A stretch of 64,000 nt of DNA, taken from positions 7,219-71,218 of the forward strand of contig JAGWHI010000002.1 of the NCBI GenBank assembly GCA_028866905.1, in the 5' to 3' direction. The position numbers and the translations under genes are program-made. The notes under the pieces were generated by a model. That model made no database searches. It was given only the letters and a program-made list of their open reading frames with translations, and was not told the DNA's origin. The DNA comes from Candidatus Micrarchaeota archaeon. GTDB taxonomy: Archaea > Micrarchaeota > Micrarchaeia > Micrarchaeales > Micrarchaeaceae. Numbering within the stretch: position 1 is the stretch's first letter; every line of letters starts with the position of its first letter. This document shows positions 33,219-41,499 of the stretch, one piece after another.

Positions 33219-35621
33219 TCAGCCTATTCCCTTGCCGGCGTCGTCCGCGTCGATGAGCTTCAGCGAGCCTGACGAGAGGTTGAGCTTCAGCTCCTCGGCT
33301 ACCTTGCTGTGCCTCCTGTAAAGGGACTCGCGGAACTCGTCCATCTCCTCTGCGTTGAGGAACGCGAGGTAGGTGGTTGCGTCCTGATAGACCGGCATGC
33401 GCTTGAACTTGCTGGTCTTCGAGTGTATGACTATGTATGCGCGCTCGCCGTGGAAGGTAGCCACTATGTCTGCAAGGCTGCTCGAGTCCAGCTCTGTGAA
33501 GACGTACGCGTGTGTAACGAAATAGACCCTGAGCTTCTTGAATGTCGCGAGGTACGCGGCGTCGTGACCGCTCTGCTGCTCCCACGACTTCGGCGCGTAC
33601 AGCCCGTCAACCATGAGCAGATGGCCCGCGCCGGCCATCTGGTCCAGCATCATCTCGACGTTGTTCAGTGTCAGGCTGACCGGCATGCTGTTGTACCTTA
33701 TGTTGTTGGCTATAGCAACGCGGACCTCGTCGCTGGTCAGGGGCATGTACTTCCAGTGGAAGTATAGGTTCTGCTTGTCGAAGACGCCGAGGACGGTGTC
33801 GAGCTTCATCTTTATCGGTATGCTCTTCTGCTCCGGCAGGTTCGGCACGTCTATGTAGAACTCGTCGCGGGTCGGGCTCTTGACAAGGGTGACCAGCATT
33901 ATCACCACCGCAAGCACTATCGCTATCTCTATGTACTCCTTGTCTATGTGTATCACTGTGGGCGGGTTCGAGGCTATGTACCTGTAGTCGTTGGACAGCA
34001 TCAGGATCTCGAAGGTCGCGTTGCCGTACACTACCGGCGCGCCCTTCGGCAGCGTGTAGTTTATCGTGCCGTTGTAGAAAGTGCCCGACTGCCCGTAGAG
34101 GCCGTTGAGCTTTATGGTGTAGTTTATCCCGTTGAGCTGCTGGCCCGCAGAGCTGATTCCGAACAGGAAGCTGCCGGACGAGTAGTTGGCGTACTTTAGG
34201 TAGACGCTGACGTTCGGCACCGTGAAGGTCGAGGCGGCGAACTCGGAGTTGTTGAACGCCTGGAGCTTGACTATGTACCTGCCCTGGCCGAGGGCGAACT
34301 GGACGTTCTTGAAGAAAGTGAAGTTGCCGGACGCGTTGAAGTTCGAGACGTATATCGACTGCTTCGGGCTCATGTTCTGGTCGTATACAGTCAGGTGCGG
34401 CGCCACCTCGACGAGCCCCTTAGACCCGGTGAACACCTCCATGGACAGCTGCGCCGGCACGTTTGGCGTTACGTTGGACTGCATGGCCATCGTGCCGTTC
34501 GGCGCTGCGGCTGGCGTGTACCGGATGTCCTTGTAGTCGTAGTACAGCGTCCTGCCCACCTGGCTCTTTGTCGAGACTACTATGCGGCCGTAGTAGCCGT
34601 TAAGCGCAAGCTCGTTGGAATAGTTGTACGCCAGTGGTATGCCGTCCATTATCACGCCGTATGGCGCGCCCCCGCTCGCGTAGCCCTTGGTCTGCACGGT
34701 AGAGGATCCGCTCGCCGCCCTTGGCAGCCAGACAAGCCCGGAAACCGCCCTGGCTATGTCAGCGCCGGCCTCTGCCGGGGACTTCCAGCTCCCAAGGTAG
34801 TTGGAGAACGAGGCGATGTAGCCGTTGCCAGCCTTTATGTACGCTATCGGGCCGTATGTGCTGCCGTTGACGAACTGGAACGTGGCCTGGTTGTTGTAGT
34901 ACACAGGGCTCTGGTTATAGAGCAGGGGCACCGTAGCCAGGTATCCCGGTATGCCGCCCGCCGGTATCACTATCGAGCCAGGAAGCAGCACCCTGGAGAA
35001 GTTCTGGCCTACGTAGAATACGCTTGTGGACTTGGAGAGGAGGTATGCGAGCATCGTCTGGTTGCCGTGGTATCCGCTGAGCTCCGTGGAGTTTACGGGA
35101 TTGAGCATGTACCTCGGCAGCACGCCGTTGAGCACTATGAGCACCGAGTCGTTCGTTATCCTGGTGAGATTGCCCGGGTCCACAGTGACAACGTCGTACG
35201 TTGAGTTCACGAAGCCGTAGGCGTTGAGGTACGTCGTAAGGTTCGACACCACCTCGTTTATCTGGCCGCACGAGTAGCACTGGTTGCCGTAATAGAGCAG
35301 GTATACCTTGCCGGGCGGCCGCACCTTGAAGATGGTGCCGTTGAAGCCTATGCTGCTCGCGTTCTTGTAGGTGTAGTCCACCAGAGCGTACGGCGCCATG
35401 TCCGCGCCGTTGTTGTACGAGAGCAGGTCCTGGCCAGCCATTATCGCGCCTATCGATGGCGGCCCTCCTGCCTGCGGGGTCTGGTTCTGGGCCTGCGCGC
35501 CGATAACGGATATCTCGTGCGCCACGTAGGCGAACAGCCCGACGCAGACTATGACGACCGCAGCGATTATCGCTATGAAGAGCTCCTGCCTGCCGCTCAG
35601 CCTGAACCTGCCGACCTTCAT
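33219..35621 (-). CDS. 800-aa bitopic envelope protein: N-terminal anchor, sequon-rich ectodomain of about 550 aa, second TM, cytoplasmic domain of about 190 aa
   Basis: Helices ELFIAIIAAVVIVCVGLFAYV and IEIAIVLAVVIMLVTLV. Many N-x-S/T sequons in the ectodomain. It is the last gene of the minus-strand operon, and its ATG overlaps the stop of a 54-aa ORF. Confidence 0.7.
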   Translation of the reverse strand: MKVGRFRLSGRQELFIAIIAAVVIVCVGLFAYVAHEISVIGAQAQNQTPQAGGPPSIGAIMAGQDLLSYNNGADMAPYALVDYTYKNASSIGFNGTIFKVRPPGKVYLLYYGNQCYSCGQINEVVSNLTTYLNAYGFVNSTYDVVTVDPGNLTRITNDSVLIVLNGVLPRYMLNPVNSTELSGYHGNQTMLAYLLSKSTSVFYVGQNFSRVLLPGSIVIPAGGIPGYLATVPLLYNQSPVYYNNQATFQFVNGSTYGPIAYIKAGNGYIASFSNYLGSWKSPAEAGADIARAVSGLVWLPRAASGSSTVQTKGYASGGAPYGVIMDGIPLAYNYSNELALNGYYGRIVVSTKSQVGRTLYYDYKDIRYTPAAAPNGTMAMQSNVTPNVPAQLSMEVFTGSKGLVEVAPHLTVYDQNMSPKQSIYVSNFNASGNFTFFKNVQFALGQGRYIVKLQAFNNSEFAASTFTVPNVSVYLKYANYSSGSFLFGISSAGQQLNGINYTIKLNGLYGQSGTFYNGTINYTLPKGAPVVYGNATFEILMLSNDYRYIASNPPTVIHIDKEYIEIAIVLAVVIMLVTLVKSPTRDEFYIDVPNLPEQKSIPIKMKLDTVLGVFDKQNLYFHWKYMPLTSDEVRVAIANNIRYNSMPVSLTLNNVEMMLDQMAGAGHLLMVDGLYAPKSWEQQSGHDAAYLATFKKLRVYFVTHAYVFTELDSSSLADIVATFHGERAYIVIHSKTSKFKRMPVYQDATTYLAFLNAEEMDEFRESLYRRHSKVAEELKLNLSSGSLKLIDADDAGKGIG

Positions 35622-35782
35622 GCCGCTCCACCACCAACCTGCGGCTCCGAGGGCCCTGATGGCTTGGTGAGCAGCTTCACGAACAGCCTTGTTAGCAGGT
35701 TCTCCCTCTGGCCTACCCTCTTCGTTATCGCGTAGACCTTCACGTACTTGATCCTCTTGTTGATCCTCGCGGTGTAGCGCAT
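35618..35782 (-). CDS. unlisted 54-aa basic ORF translationally coupled (ATGA) to the 800-aa gene
   Basis: Manual translation gives MRYTARINKRIKYVKVYAITKRVGQRENLLTRLFVKLLTKPSGPSEPQVGGGAA. It fills the otherwise empty gap between 35621 and 35790. Confidence 0.35.
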   Translation of the reverse strand: MRYTARINKRIKYVKVYAITKRVGQRENLLTRLFVKLLTKPSGPSEPQVGGGAA

Positions 35783-35789
35783 GCGAACA

Positions 35790-36518
35790 CTAGCTCTTGA
35801 GCTCGATGTAGCCGAGCGCGGTCATCTTGTTGAGCATCTGCTCCACCCTTGGGGCGTTGAGCTTGTACGCCTTGGCGAACTCTATCACGTCTATCGAGCT
35901 GTCGTGCGACTCCAGCCATTCCTGTATCATCACCATCAGCGACTCGTCGGAGTAGGTCTCGAGCTCCTTCAGGCGCTCGTTCAGCTCCTTGTTCTCGGTG
36001 TTCAGCTGCTCCGCCTGCACCGAGAGGTTCTTGTTCGATGCGGAGAGCTCCAGGTTCATGCGCTTTATCTCGCGGTACTCGTTGAACAGCGAGTCGTAGT
36101 TGTTGAACAGCGTGCTGTAGCTCTGTGATATCGAGCCGAGCAGGTCGTCGATTACGGAATCCGCGGTCTGGAATATGTTCGTGTCGTCAACCTTGTAGAG
36201 GTCGCTGAGCAGCGATAGGATCCCGAACAGGTTCTTCAGCACGAACAGGCGGCGCATCCTCACGCTCGTGTCCGGGCCTATCGAATACTTCACTGTCACG
36301 CCGTCCTTTGCGAACTCGTATATGAAGAAGAGGAAGGGCCTGTTCTGTATGTCGTGGCTCTCTATCCTTGCCACGACTGTACGGTCCGGCTCAGCCTTCA
36401 CCCTGAACATCTGAAGGTCGGAGAGCCTCGTGGCTATCTCGTCAAAAGGTGCTAGCGCAGAGCCGCCGATCTTTATCTCCTCAACCTTCGGCTCTATCTG
36501 CGGTACCTCCTCTGCCAC
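35790..36518 (-). CDS. cytoplasmic coiled-coil protein with C-terminal winged-helix-like domain
   Basis: Heptad region NEYREIKRMNLELSASNKNLSVQAEQLNTENKELNERLKELE. The C-terminus IDVIEFAKAYKLNAPRVEQMLNKMTALGYIELK is wHTH-like. A TATA-like GGTATATATTAG lies about 40 nt upstream. Confidence 0.55.
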   Translation of the reverse strand: MAEEVPQIEPKVEEIKIGGSALAPFDEIATRLSDLQMFRVKAEPDRTVVARIESHDIQNRPFLFFIYEFAKDGVTVKYSIGPDTSVRMRRLFVLKNLFGILSLLSDLYKVDDTNIFQTADSVIDDLLGSISQSYSTLFNNYDSLFNEYREIKRMNLELSASNKNLSVQAEQLNTENKELNERLKELETYSDESLMVMIQEWLESHDSSIDVIEFAKAYKLNAPRVEQMLNKMTALGYIELKS

Positions 36519-36589
36519 TACACCTCACCGATGAAATCAGATGTATTCCAACTAATATATACCTTTCTGATAGCAATCTCTCGATTTCG

Positions 36590-36970
36590 TCAGCGTTTCT
36601 GGCCCTCGGGCTGCGCAGCCGCGCGCGGCGTCTCCACGGCCGGCATGTACCTGCCGGCGAGCAGGAGGGCGTACAGGAAAAGCGTTAGCGCTATGCCGAA
36701 CGGTATGGTCACGACGTTCAGGCCGGACGCGAAGAATAGCACAGCGGTGAATATGACGCCGAGGGCTATGTAGGCCATCTGCCTCCGCTCGAAGACCGCA
36801 CGGCTCTTGTGGTACTCCTTGTAGCAGTCCTTGCACACCACCAGCCTGTAGCCCCTCTCGTTCCTGGTAACGTTCCTCTTGAACCAGCGTATCGCGCCTA
36901 TCACGAAGTCCTCCTTCACAGGAAGGCCGTTGCGCTTCTCCCCGCATATTATGCATCGATTCTCATTCAT
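36590..36970 (-). CDS. zinc-ribbon protein with two C-terminal TM helices
   Basis: CIICGEKRNG...VCKDCYKEY (CxxC...CxxC), followed by two hydrophobic helices. Confidence 0.55.
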   Translation of the reverse strand: MNENRCIICGEKRNGLPVKEDFVIGAIRWFKRNVTRNERGYRLVVCKDCYKEYHKSRAVFERRQMAYIALGVIFTAVLFFASGLNVVTIPFGIALTLFLYALLLAGRYMPAVETPRAAAQPEGQKR

Positions 36971-36974
36971 AGCA

Positions 36975-37292
36975 TCACTCCATCTCCACAGTGGCCTTGT
37001 AAAGCCTGCCGGTCTCGGCGACTATGCGCTGCTCGTCCAGCATGTTGATCACGCTCGCGATGGTGACGTCGTCCATGCCGAGCCTCCTGAAGACGTTGGA
37101 GAGCTTGTCCCTCCTCAGCCCGCCCTTCTCCAGCATGGCGGCGAAGCTTATCACGTTCATGTGCCTGTGCACCTTCTCCATGTTCCCGAGCACTGCGCTT
37201 ATGCTCTTCTCGCTCACGCCGAACGCGGTGAGCAGGCGGCGCAGCTCTATCCTGCTTATCGTATAGGTACCAAGGTTAGACAGTCTCGACAC
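36975..37292 (-). CDS. small cytoplasmic helical protein (105 aa)
   Basis: Overlaps the 3' end of the ATPase gene by 17 nt. It contains short G-[VLM]-x3-4-[IL]-x2-V-x3-L units (GVSEKSISAVLGNM, GLRRDKLSNVFRRLG, MDDVTIASVINML) that also occur in the ATPase C-terminal tail. Confidence 0.5.
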   Translation of the reverse strand: MSRLSNLGTYTISRIELRRLLTAFGVSEKSISAVLGNMEKVHRHMNVISFAAMLEKGGLRRDKLSNVFRRLGMDDVTIASVINMLDEQRIVAETGRLYKATVEME

Positions 37293-38793
37293 CCGTTGAG
37301 GATATTATCCTGGTTATCAGCTGGTCCTCTATGCTCAGGCCCTTCAGGAAGCCGACTATGTTGTTCACCTGCACGCCGTTCGCCTTTATCAGCTGTATGA
37401 AGTCCAGCATCTTTATGCTCCTGTTCCTGCCGTCGAGCTCCGCGAACACCTGGTTGATGGAATCGGCGCCGACGTTGTACTCTATCAGCCGGTTCTTCAG
37501 CTCGTCCTTCTCGAACTGGTAGTCGCGCTGGATTATGTTCGCGGACAGCTCGCTCTGGGTGAGCACGTCCGACAGCTCTATCGTGTACACGTAGAGCGGC
37601 TCCTCTCCGTGGATCTTCTCAAGGAGGAAGGTCTCCGGGAACCTCAGCGCGGTCTGGAACGCCATCTCCACAGCGGCTTGGCCCACGCCGAACTTGCCTA
37701 TCTCCATCCTTATGAAGTTAGAGAAGTTGAGCGATCCCTGCAGGTAGTTCAGGAACTTCTCGAACTTTATCCTGAGCATGAACGTGGTGCCCACGTTGGA
37801 GAATATCGCCTCGTTTATGTCCGTCGGGTTCTGGGATGCGACTATAAGGCCGAAGTTGTACTTCCTGCCCTCTCGCACGATCATTATAGCGTCGCTCTTC
37901 TCGTCGCTCGCGACCTTCCACGCCTCGTCCAGTACTACCATCACCTTCAGCCCTTTCGTCTCGCTCCACCCCTCGCTCCTCATCCGCTCCTTGAGCGTCT
38001 GGAGTATGACAAGCGCCGCGAGCCCCCTGAACCTCTCGTCAGGCAGGCCTGACAGGTCGACATCCACGAGCCCCGACTCCGTCAGCTTTGCCAGGTCCAG
38101 GGTGCTCCTCCTTGCGAAGTAGTCCTCCCCCTCCCGCGCGAACTGCCTGAGCCTGTATATGGTGTTCTCGAGCTCTGCCGGGTACTCGTATGTCCCCTCC
38201 TGCAGCTTCTCCTCAAGCAGGGATATCACGTCGGCCAGTGTGGGCGCCTGCTTCTCCGTAGGATAGCGCTCTGCGAGCTCGAAGCCGGAGTTGACGTACG
38301 ACTGCTCCATCGCCTCCTCTGTCAGGCGCCTCTGCTCTGGGTATAGCGCTATGTCAGTCAGTATGTCGAACGAGTTCATTATCTGCTTGACGCGGTCGAG
38401 CGGCTTCATGCCAGACAGGTCCATTATGTTGATGTAGTCGCCCTTCGCGAGCGATACTATGGTGCCGCCGCTCTGCTTCACCCAGGCCTTGTACTCCCCG
38501 GCCCAGTCTATTATCACGGCGTTGGTGCCCCAGACGTAGCTCGCCCTTATTATCAGCGACTTCACGAAGAAGCTCTTGCCGGAACCCGTTATACCGACAA
38601 CGGCTATGTGGGGGTTGGTCAGGTTCAGGAAGGACCATGTGAACGGAACGTGGAATATCTTGGTGGTGCCGACGTAGAGCGACTGGAACGGGTCCGACAG
38701 CAGCACCTCGGCCGGGGGCTCAGGAGGCCTTGATATGAACGACCTCCTGGCTATCTCGTCGCTCATTATGTGCTGGAACCTTACTAGCGTCAT
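37276..38793 (-). CDS. VirB4/TrbE/TraC-like (HerA-FtsK superfamily) P-loop ATPase lacking the VirB4 N-domain
   Basis: Walker A AVVGITGSGKSFFVKS at about aa 75, then AVIIDWAGEY, Walker B VMVVLDEAWKVAS and REGRKYNFGLIVASQNPTDI. The DEAW and RK-x-N...(A/T)SQ blocks are VirB4-like rather than FlaI/PilB-like. Confidence 0.75.
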   Translation of the reverse strand: MTLVRFQHIMSDEIARRSFISRPPEPPAEVLLSDPFQSLYVGTTKIFHVPFTWSFLNLTNPHIAVVGITGSGKSFFVKSLIIRASYVWGTNAVIIDWAGEYKAWVKQSGGTIVSLAKGDYINIMDLSGMKPLDRVKQIMNSFDILTDIALYPEQRRLTEEAMEQSYVNSGFELAERYPTEKQAPTLADVISLLEEKLQEGTYEYPAELENTIYRLRQFAREGEDYFARRSTLDLAKLTESGLVDVDLSGLPDERFRGLAALVILQTLKERMRSEGWSETKGLKVMVVLDEAWKVASDEKSDAIMIVREGRKYNFGLIVASQNPTDINEAIFSNVGTTFMLRIKFEKFLNYLQGSLNFSNFIRMEIGKFGVGQAAVEMAFQTALRFPETFLLEKIHGEEPLYVYTIELSDVLTQSELSANIIQRDYQFEKDELKNRLIEYNVGADSINQVFAELDGRNRSIKMLDFIQLIKANGVQVNNIVGFLKGLSIEDQLITRIISSTGVETV

Positions 38794-38823
38794 CCCATCC
38801 CCATATCATATTTCGCGCTCATC

Positions 38824-38835
38824 ATTTAATAAATG
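38824..38835 (-). promoter_or_regulatory. TATA-like ATTTATTAAA about 35 nt upstream of the ATPase start (possible internal promoter)
   Basis: AT-rich element in the 42-nt gap between genes. Recognised by position and composition only. Confidence 0.25.
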
Positions 38836-39651
38836 CTACGACTGTATGTCGAAGTTGGTTGCGGCCTCCTCGTACGTCGTGGGGAGCGAGAAGTTGAACT
38901 GGAAGAGCGTGTAGAGCTCCCTGCCGACTATGCGCGCGAGCTGCACGTCCATGCCCGACATCGCCACCTCGAGCTGCTTTATCTGCGCGCTCAGCAGGTC
39001 TAGCGCCGCCTTCTCGCTCACGCCGACAGCGGTTGTCTCGAAGTACATTATCGTGGCTATCGGCTTCTCGCCCTCGCCTATGCGCGCTATCTTCGTCTGG
39101 AGCACGTTTATCTTCCTCTGTATCTCTGTGACCGTCATCTCGTTCACGTTCTGCGCCTGCATCGCCCTGGACAGCTGGAACTCCTGGAAGGAGCGCTTGC
39201 CCTCCAGCTCGTCGCGCACCTTCTGGACGTCGAGGCCTGCGGACAGCACATGATACTTGAACGGGAAGCCGATGTTCATCACGGCGCGTTCCCACGTCTC
39301 GGGGGCCTGCACAGCCTTGAGCTCCTGGTCCTGCTGCTGTTGCTCCGCCTTGAACGTGTACGCGAACACGTTGGCCGTTACGTATCCGGTCGCGTAGAAC
39401 AGCCCGTTGACGTTCTTCACTACAGCGTCCTGGGTCTTGACTATCCTGTAGTCCTTCGCCGGCTGGAAGCTCACCCCCAGCAGGTTGGTGACGAGCGGGA
39501 ATATCACGAAGTCCGCCCAGTTCATCACGAGAAGGACGCCGAGCGCCACCAGTATGAAGACCGCGCCGATGAGGCTGTATGCGCCGCCGCCCATCGATCC
39601 CAGCGACGACAGCGCCACCACTATCACGAGCCCGCAGAACGCCAGATACAC
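38836..39651 (-). CDS. 2-TM protein with cytoplasmic domain of about 200 aa; paralogue of 39669..40502
   Basis: Start trimmed to the GTG after a GAGGGA purine patch, since the longer ORF overlaps the upstream gene. Two N-terminal helices are followed by KTQDAVVKNVNGLFYATGYVTANVF... and a coiled-coil-like C-terminus. Confidence 0.5.
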   Translation of the reverse strand: MYLAFCGLVIVVALSSLGSMGGGAYSLIGAVFILVALGVLLVMNWADFVIFPLVTNLLGVSFQPAKDYRIVKTQDAVVKNVNGLFYATGYVTANVFAYTFKAEQQQQDQELKAVQAPETWERAVMNIGFPFKYHVLSAGLDVQKVRDELEGKRSFQEFQLSRAMQAQNVNEMTVTEIQRKINVLQTKIARIGEGEKPIATIMYFETTAVGVSEKAALDLLSAQIKQLEVAMSGMDVQLARIVGRELYTLFQFNFSLPTTYEEAATNFDIQS

Positions 39652-39668
39652 TATTCCCTCTTCGTCCG

Positions 39669-40502
39669 TTATATCACCTCCTCCTGGACGTTCTTGCTTA
39701 TCTGCTCGCTTATAGTCGAGAACGGAATCAGGTATTCCGGCTCTATGTAGTTGAGCAGCTCCTTGCCCGTTACTATGCTCGGCGTAACGCCGAAGGTCGA
39801 GCCTATGCCCGAAAGCAGCTCCCTGGCGTCCTGCTGCGCTATGCTCACGGCCTCGTACTCCTTGGCGCCCCGCGCAGACACTGTGGCGTAGTGCGTCAGC
39901 TCGAACGACTGGACTCCGCCTATGTGGTCGAGTATGTTGTGCCACATCGCCAGCTTGCCGCGCACCCTCTCTATGTCGCCCGGCGACCCGTTGTTCTGCA
40001 CGAGCTGGACCTCCTCGTTCTCGACCTTGCTTATCGTGTCGCGCAGCTGCTGGATGTAGTAGTCCTTGTTCATCATGTGGAGCTCAGCGGTGTACCTGGC
40101 CGGCGACTTGCTTATGCCCACAAGCCTGCTCACACGCCTGGAGAAGTCGAGCTTCTCATCGTCGCTCATCTCTGTCGCGGACCTGTATACGGGTATGCGT
40201 ATGTAGACCGTAGCTATGTAGTCCTCGCCGTCCTTCCTGATCACAGAGTCTGATGCGGTGGACAGCCAGTATGCGTCCTCGTTGCTAAGCACTATGTTGC
40301 TGCTCCTCTGCTGCATGAACGGCAGCAGCAGGTAGGTGTAGTATCTTGATGAGAACGCCAGGATGTCAAGCGCCATCGAAACTAGCAGCAGAAGCAGCTT
40401 TGCCGGTGCCGGTAATATGGTCAGAGGCGCTGATCCGGCTATTATCAGGACGACGACAGAGGATATGAAAAATCCCAGGAAGACGAATATCTTCTTGTCC
40501 AT
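39669..40502 (-). CDS. 2-TM protein with cytoplasmic domain of about 200 aa (VirB3 plus VirB4-N-domain-like, tentative)
   Basis: Two N-terminal helices, then SDSVIRKDGEDYIATVYIRIPVYRSATEMSDDEKLDFSRRVSRLV....YTAELHMM. This has the same order of elements as the start of the VirB4/TrbE N-domain. A TATA-like GGTATAAATAGG lies about 38 nt upstream. Confidence 0.55.
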   Translation of the reverse strand: MDKKIFVFLGFFISSVVVLIIAGSAPLTILPAPAKLLLLLVSMALDILAFSSRYYTYLLLPFMQQRSSNIVLSNEDAYWLSTASDSVIRKDGEDYIATVYIRIPVYRSATEMSDDEKLDFSRRVSRLVGISKSPARYTAELHMMNKDYYIQQLRDTISKVENEEVQLVQNNGSPGDIERVRGKLAMWHNILDHIGGVQSFELTHYATVSARGAKEYEAVSIAQQDARELLSGIGSTFGVTPSIVTGKELLNYIEPEYLIPFSTISEQISKNVQEEVI

Positions 40503-40580
40503 TACAACCAGCGCCGATTACGCTTCAGATTTAACCTATTTATACCTAACCTTGGGCATGCCTGTCCATCGATGTCGGCG

Positions 40581-41465
40581 CTACGGGACAGTATATCCGC
40601 TGGTCCACGTGCTGATGAATATCACGTTCTGCGTCAGGCCGCTGTAGATGTTGCCGCTGTAGTCCTGGGGGCCCCCGTTCAACTGCCACCAGCCCACAGT
40701 GGCCTGCGCGTTTATCGGCGCTCCGCCTATGCCCTCGAAGTAGAGCGCGCTGACGTCGTTGGACGAGAGTGCGGTGTTGTAGAGCTGTATGTTGGAGACA
40801 TATCCCTTGAAGTAGCTACCAGATGGGACGTATCCGGCCCCTATCGAAGCCGATCCGGAGAACGTCACGCTCGGCCGGACGTTGAGCGTCTCGGAGTAGG
40901 ACGCCCCGTCGACATATACTGTCGCTGTTGTTCCGCTCCCCGGGTACGTGAAACCTATGAAGTGCCACTTGCCGTCGTTAACGACGTTCGCAGATGACGT
41001 GGTTGTGCCGCATACCTCTGCAGTCGGATGCCCGCTATAGATCCCAAGGGCCCATATCGTTCCGGCGGTGCAGGCGCTGGAACTGCCGGGATTATTGCCG
41101 TAAGAGAACACCCACGGATAGTTCGTGCTTTGCGTGGTCTGCACCCATGCGAATACGCTTATAGCGTTGTCGCCCATGGGGAAGGAGTTCTGTGGTATGC
41201 TGGTTATGTTGCTCGTCTTCACGCCAGTAAAAGACGCTACGAACTGCGGCTCCTCGTTGTTGCAAAGGCCGCTGGTCTGGGCGAACTGGCTGGTGCCCGG
41301 CCCTTCCGGCCTGACTATGCTGCATGCGCCCCCCTGCGTCTTAGGCGCGCTGCCGTTGAACACGCCTATGCTGTACAGCGCAGTAAGGGCGACCGCGATT
41401 ATTATTATGGCCCAGCCATAGGTCATCAGGTATTCCATTGCGGATTGGGCCCTTAACATGCGCAT
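40581..41465 (-). CDS. class III signal peptide (prepilin-like) protein with LamG/concanavalin-A-like domain
   Basis: MRMLRAQSAMEYLMTYGWAIIIIAVALTALY is a textbook archaeal prepilin N-terminus. AISVFAWVQT...DGKWHFIGFTY...VYVDG...GYVSNIQLYNTALS is the LamG jelly-roll pattern. Confidence 0.75.
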   Translation of the reverse strand: MRMLRAQSAMEYLMTYGWAIIIIAVALTALYSIGVFNGSAPKTQGGACSIVRPEGPGTSQFAQTSGLCNNEEPQFVASFTGVKTSNITSIPQNSFPMGDNAISVFAWVQTTQSTNYPWVFSYGNNPGSSSACTAGTIWALGIYSGHPTAEVCGTTTSSANVVNDGKWHFIGFTYPGSGTTATVYVDGASYSETLNVRPSVTFSGSASIGAGYVPSGSYFKGYVSNIQLYNTALSSNDVSALYFEGIGGAPINAQATVGWWQLNGGPQDYSGNIYSGLTQNVIFISTWTSGYTVP

Positions 41466-41499
41466 CCCTTATCTAACATCTGGCAAGCATTAAATAGTT

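Noticed and set aside
33219-35621. Reading the N-terminus of the 800-aa protein (RLSGRQELFIAIIAAVV) as a class III prepilin signal
   Set aside because: The charge/Gly/Gln/Glu spacing does not fit the K/R-G/A-Q-S-x-x-E-Y/F pattern seen in the two clear prepilins of this window. I treat it as a plain signal anchor.
38794-38835. C-box-like ATGATGA on the minus strand upstream of the ATPase gene (possible C/D box sRNA)
   Set aside because: There is no matching D box (CTGA) at the right spacing and no terminal stem. The sequence is more simply explained as part of an AT-rich promoter or intergenic element.
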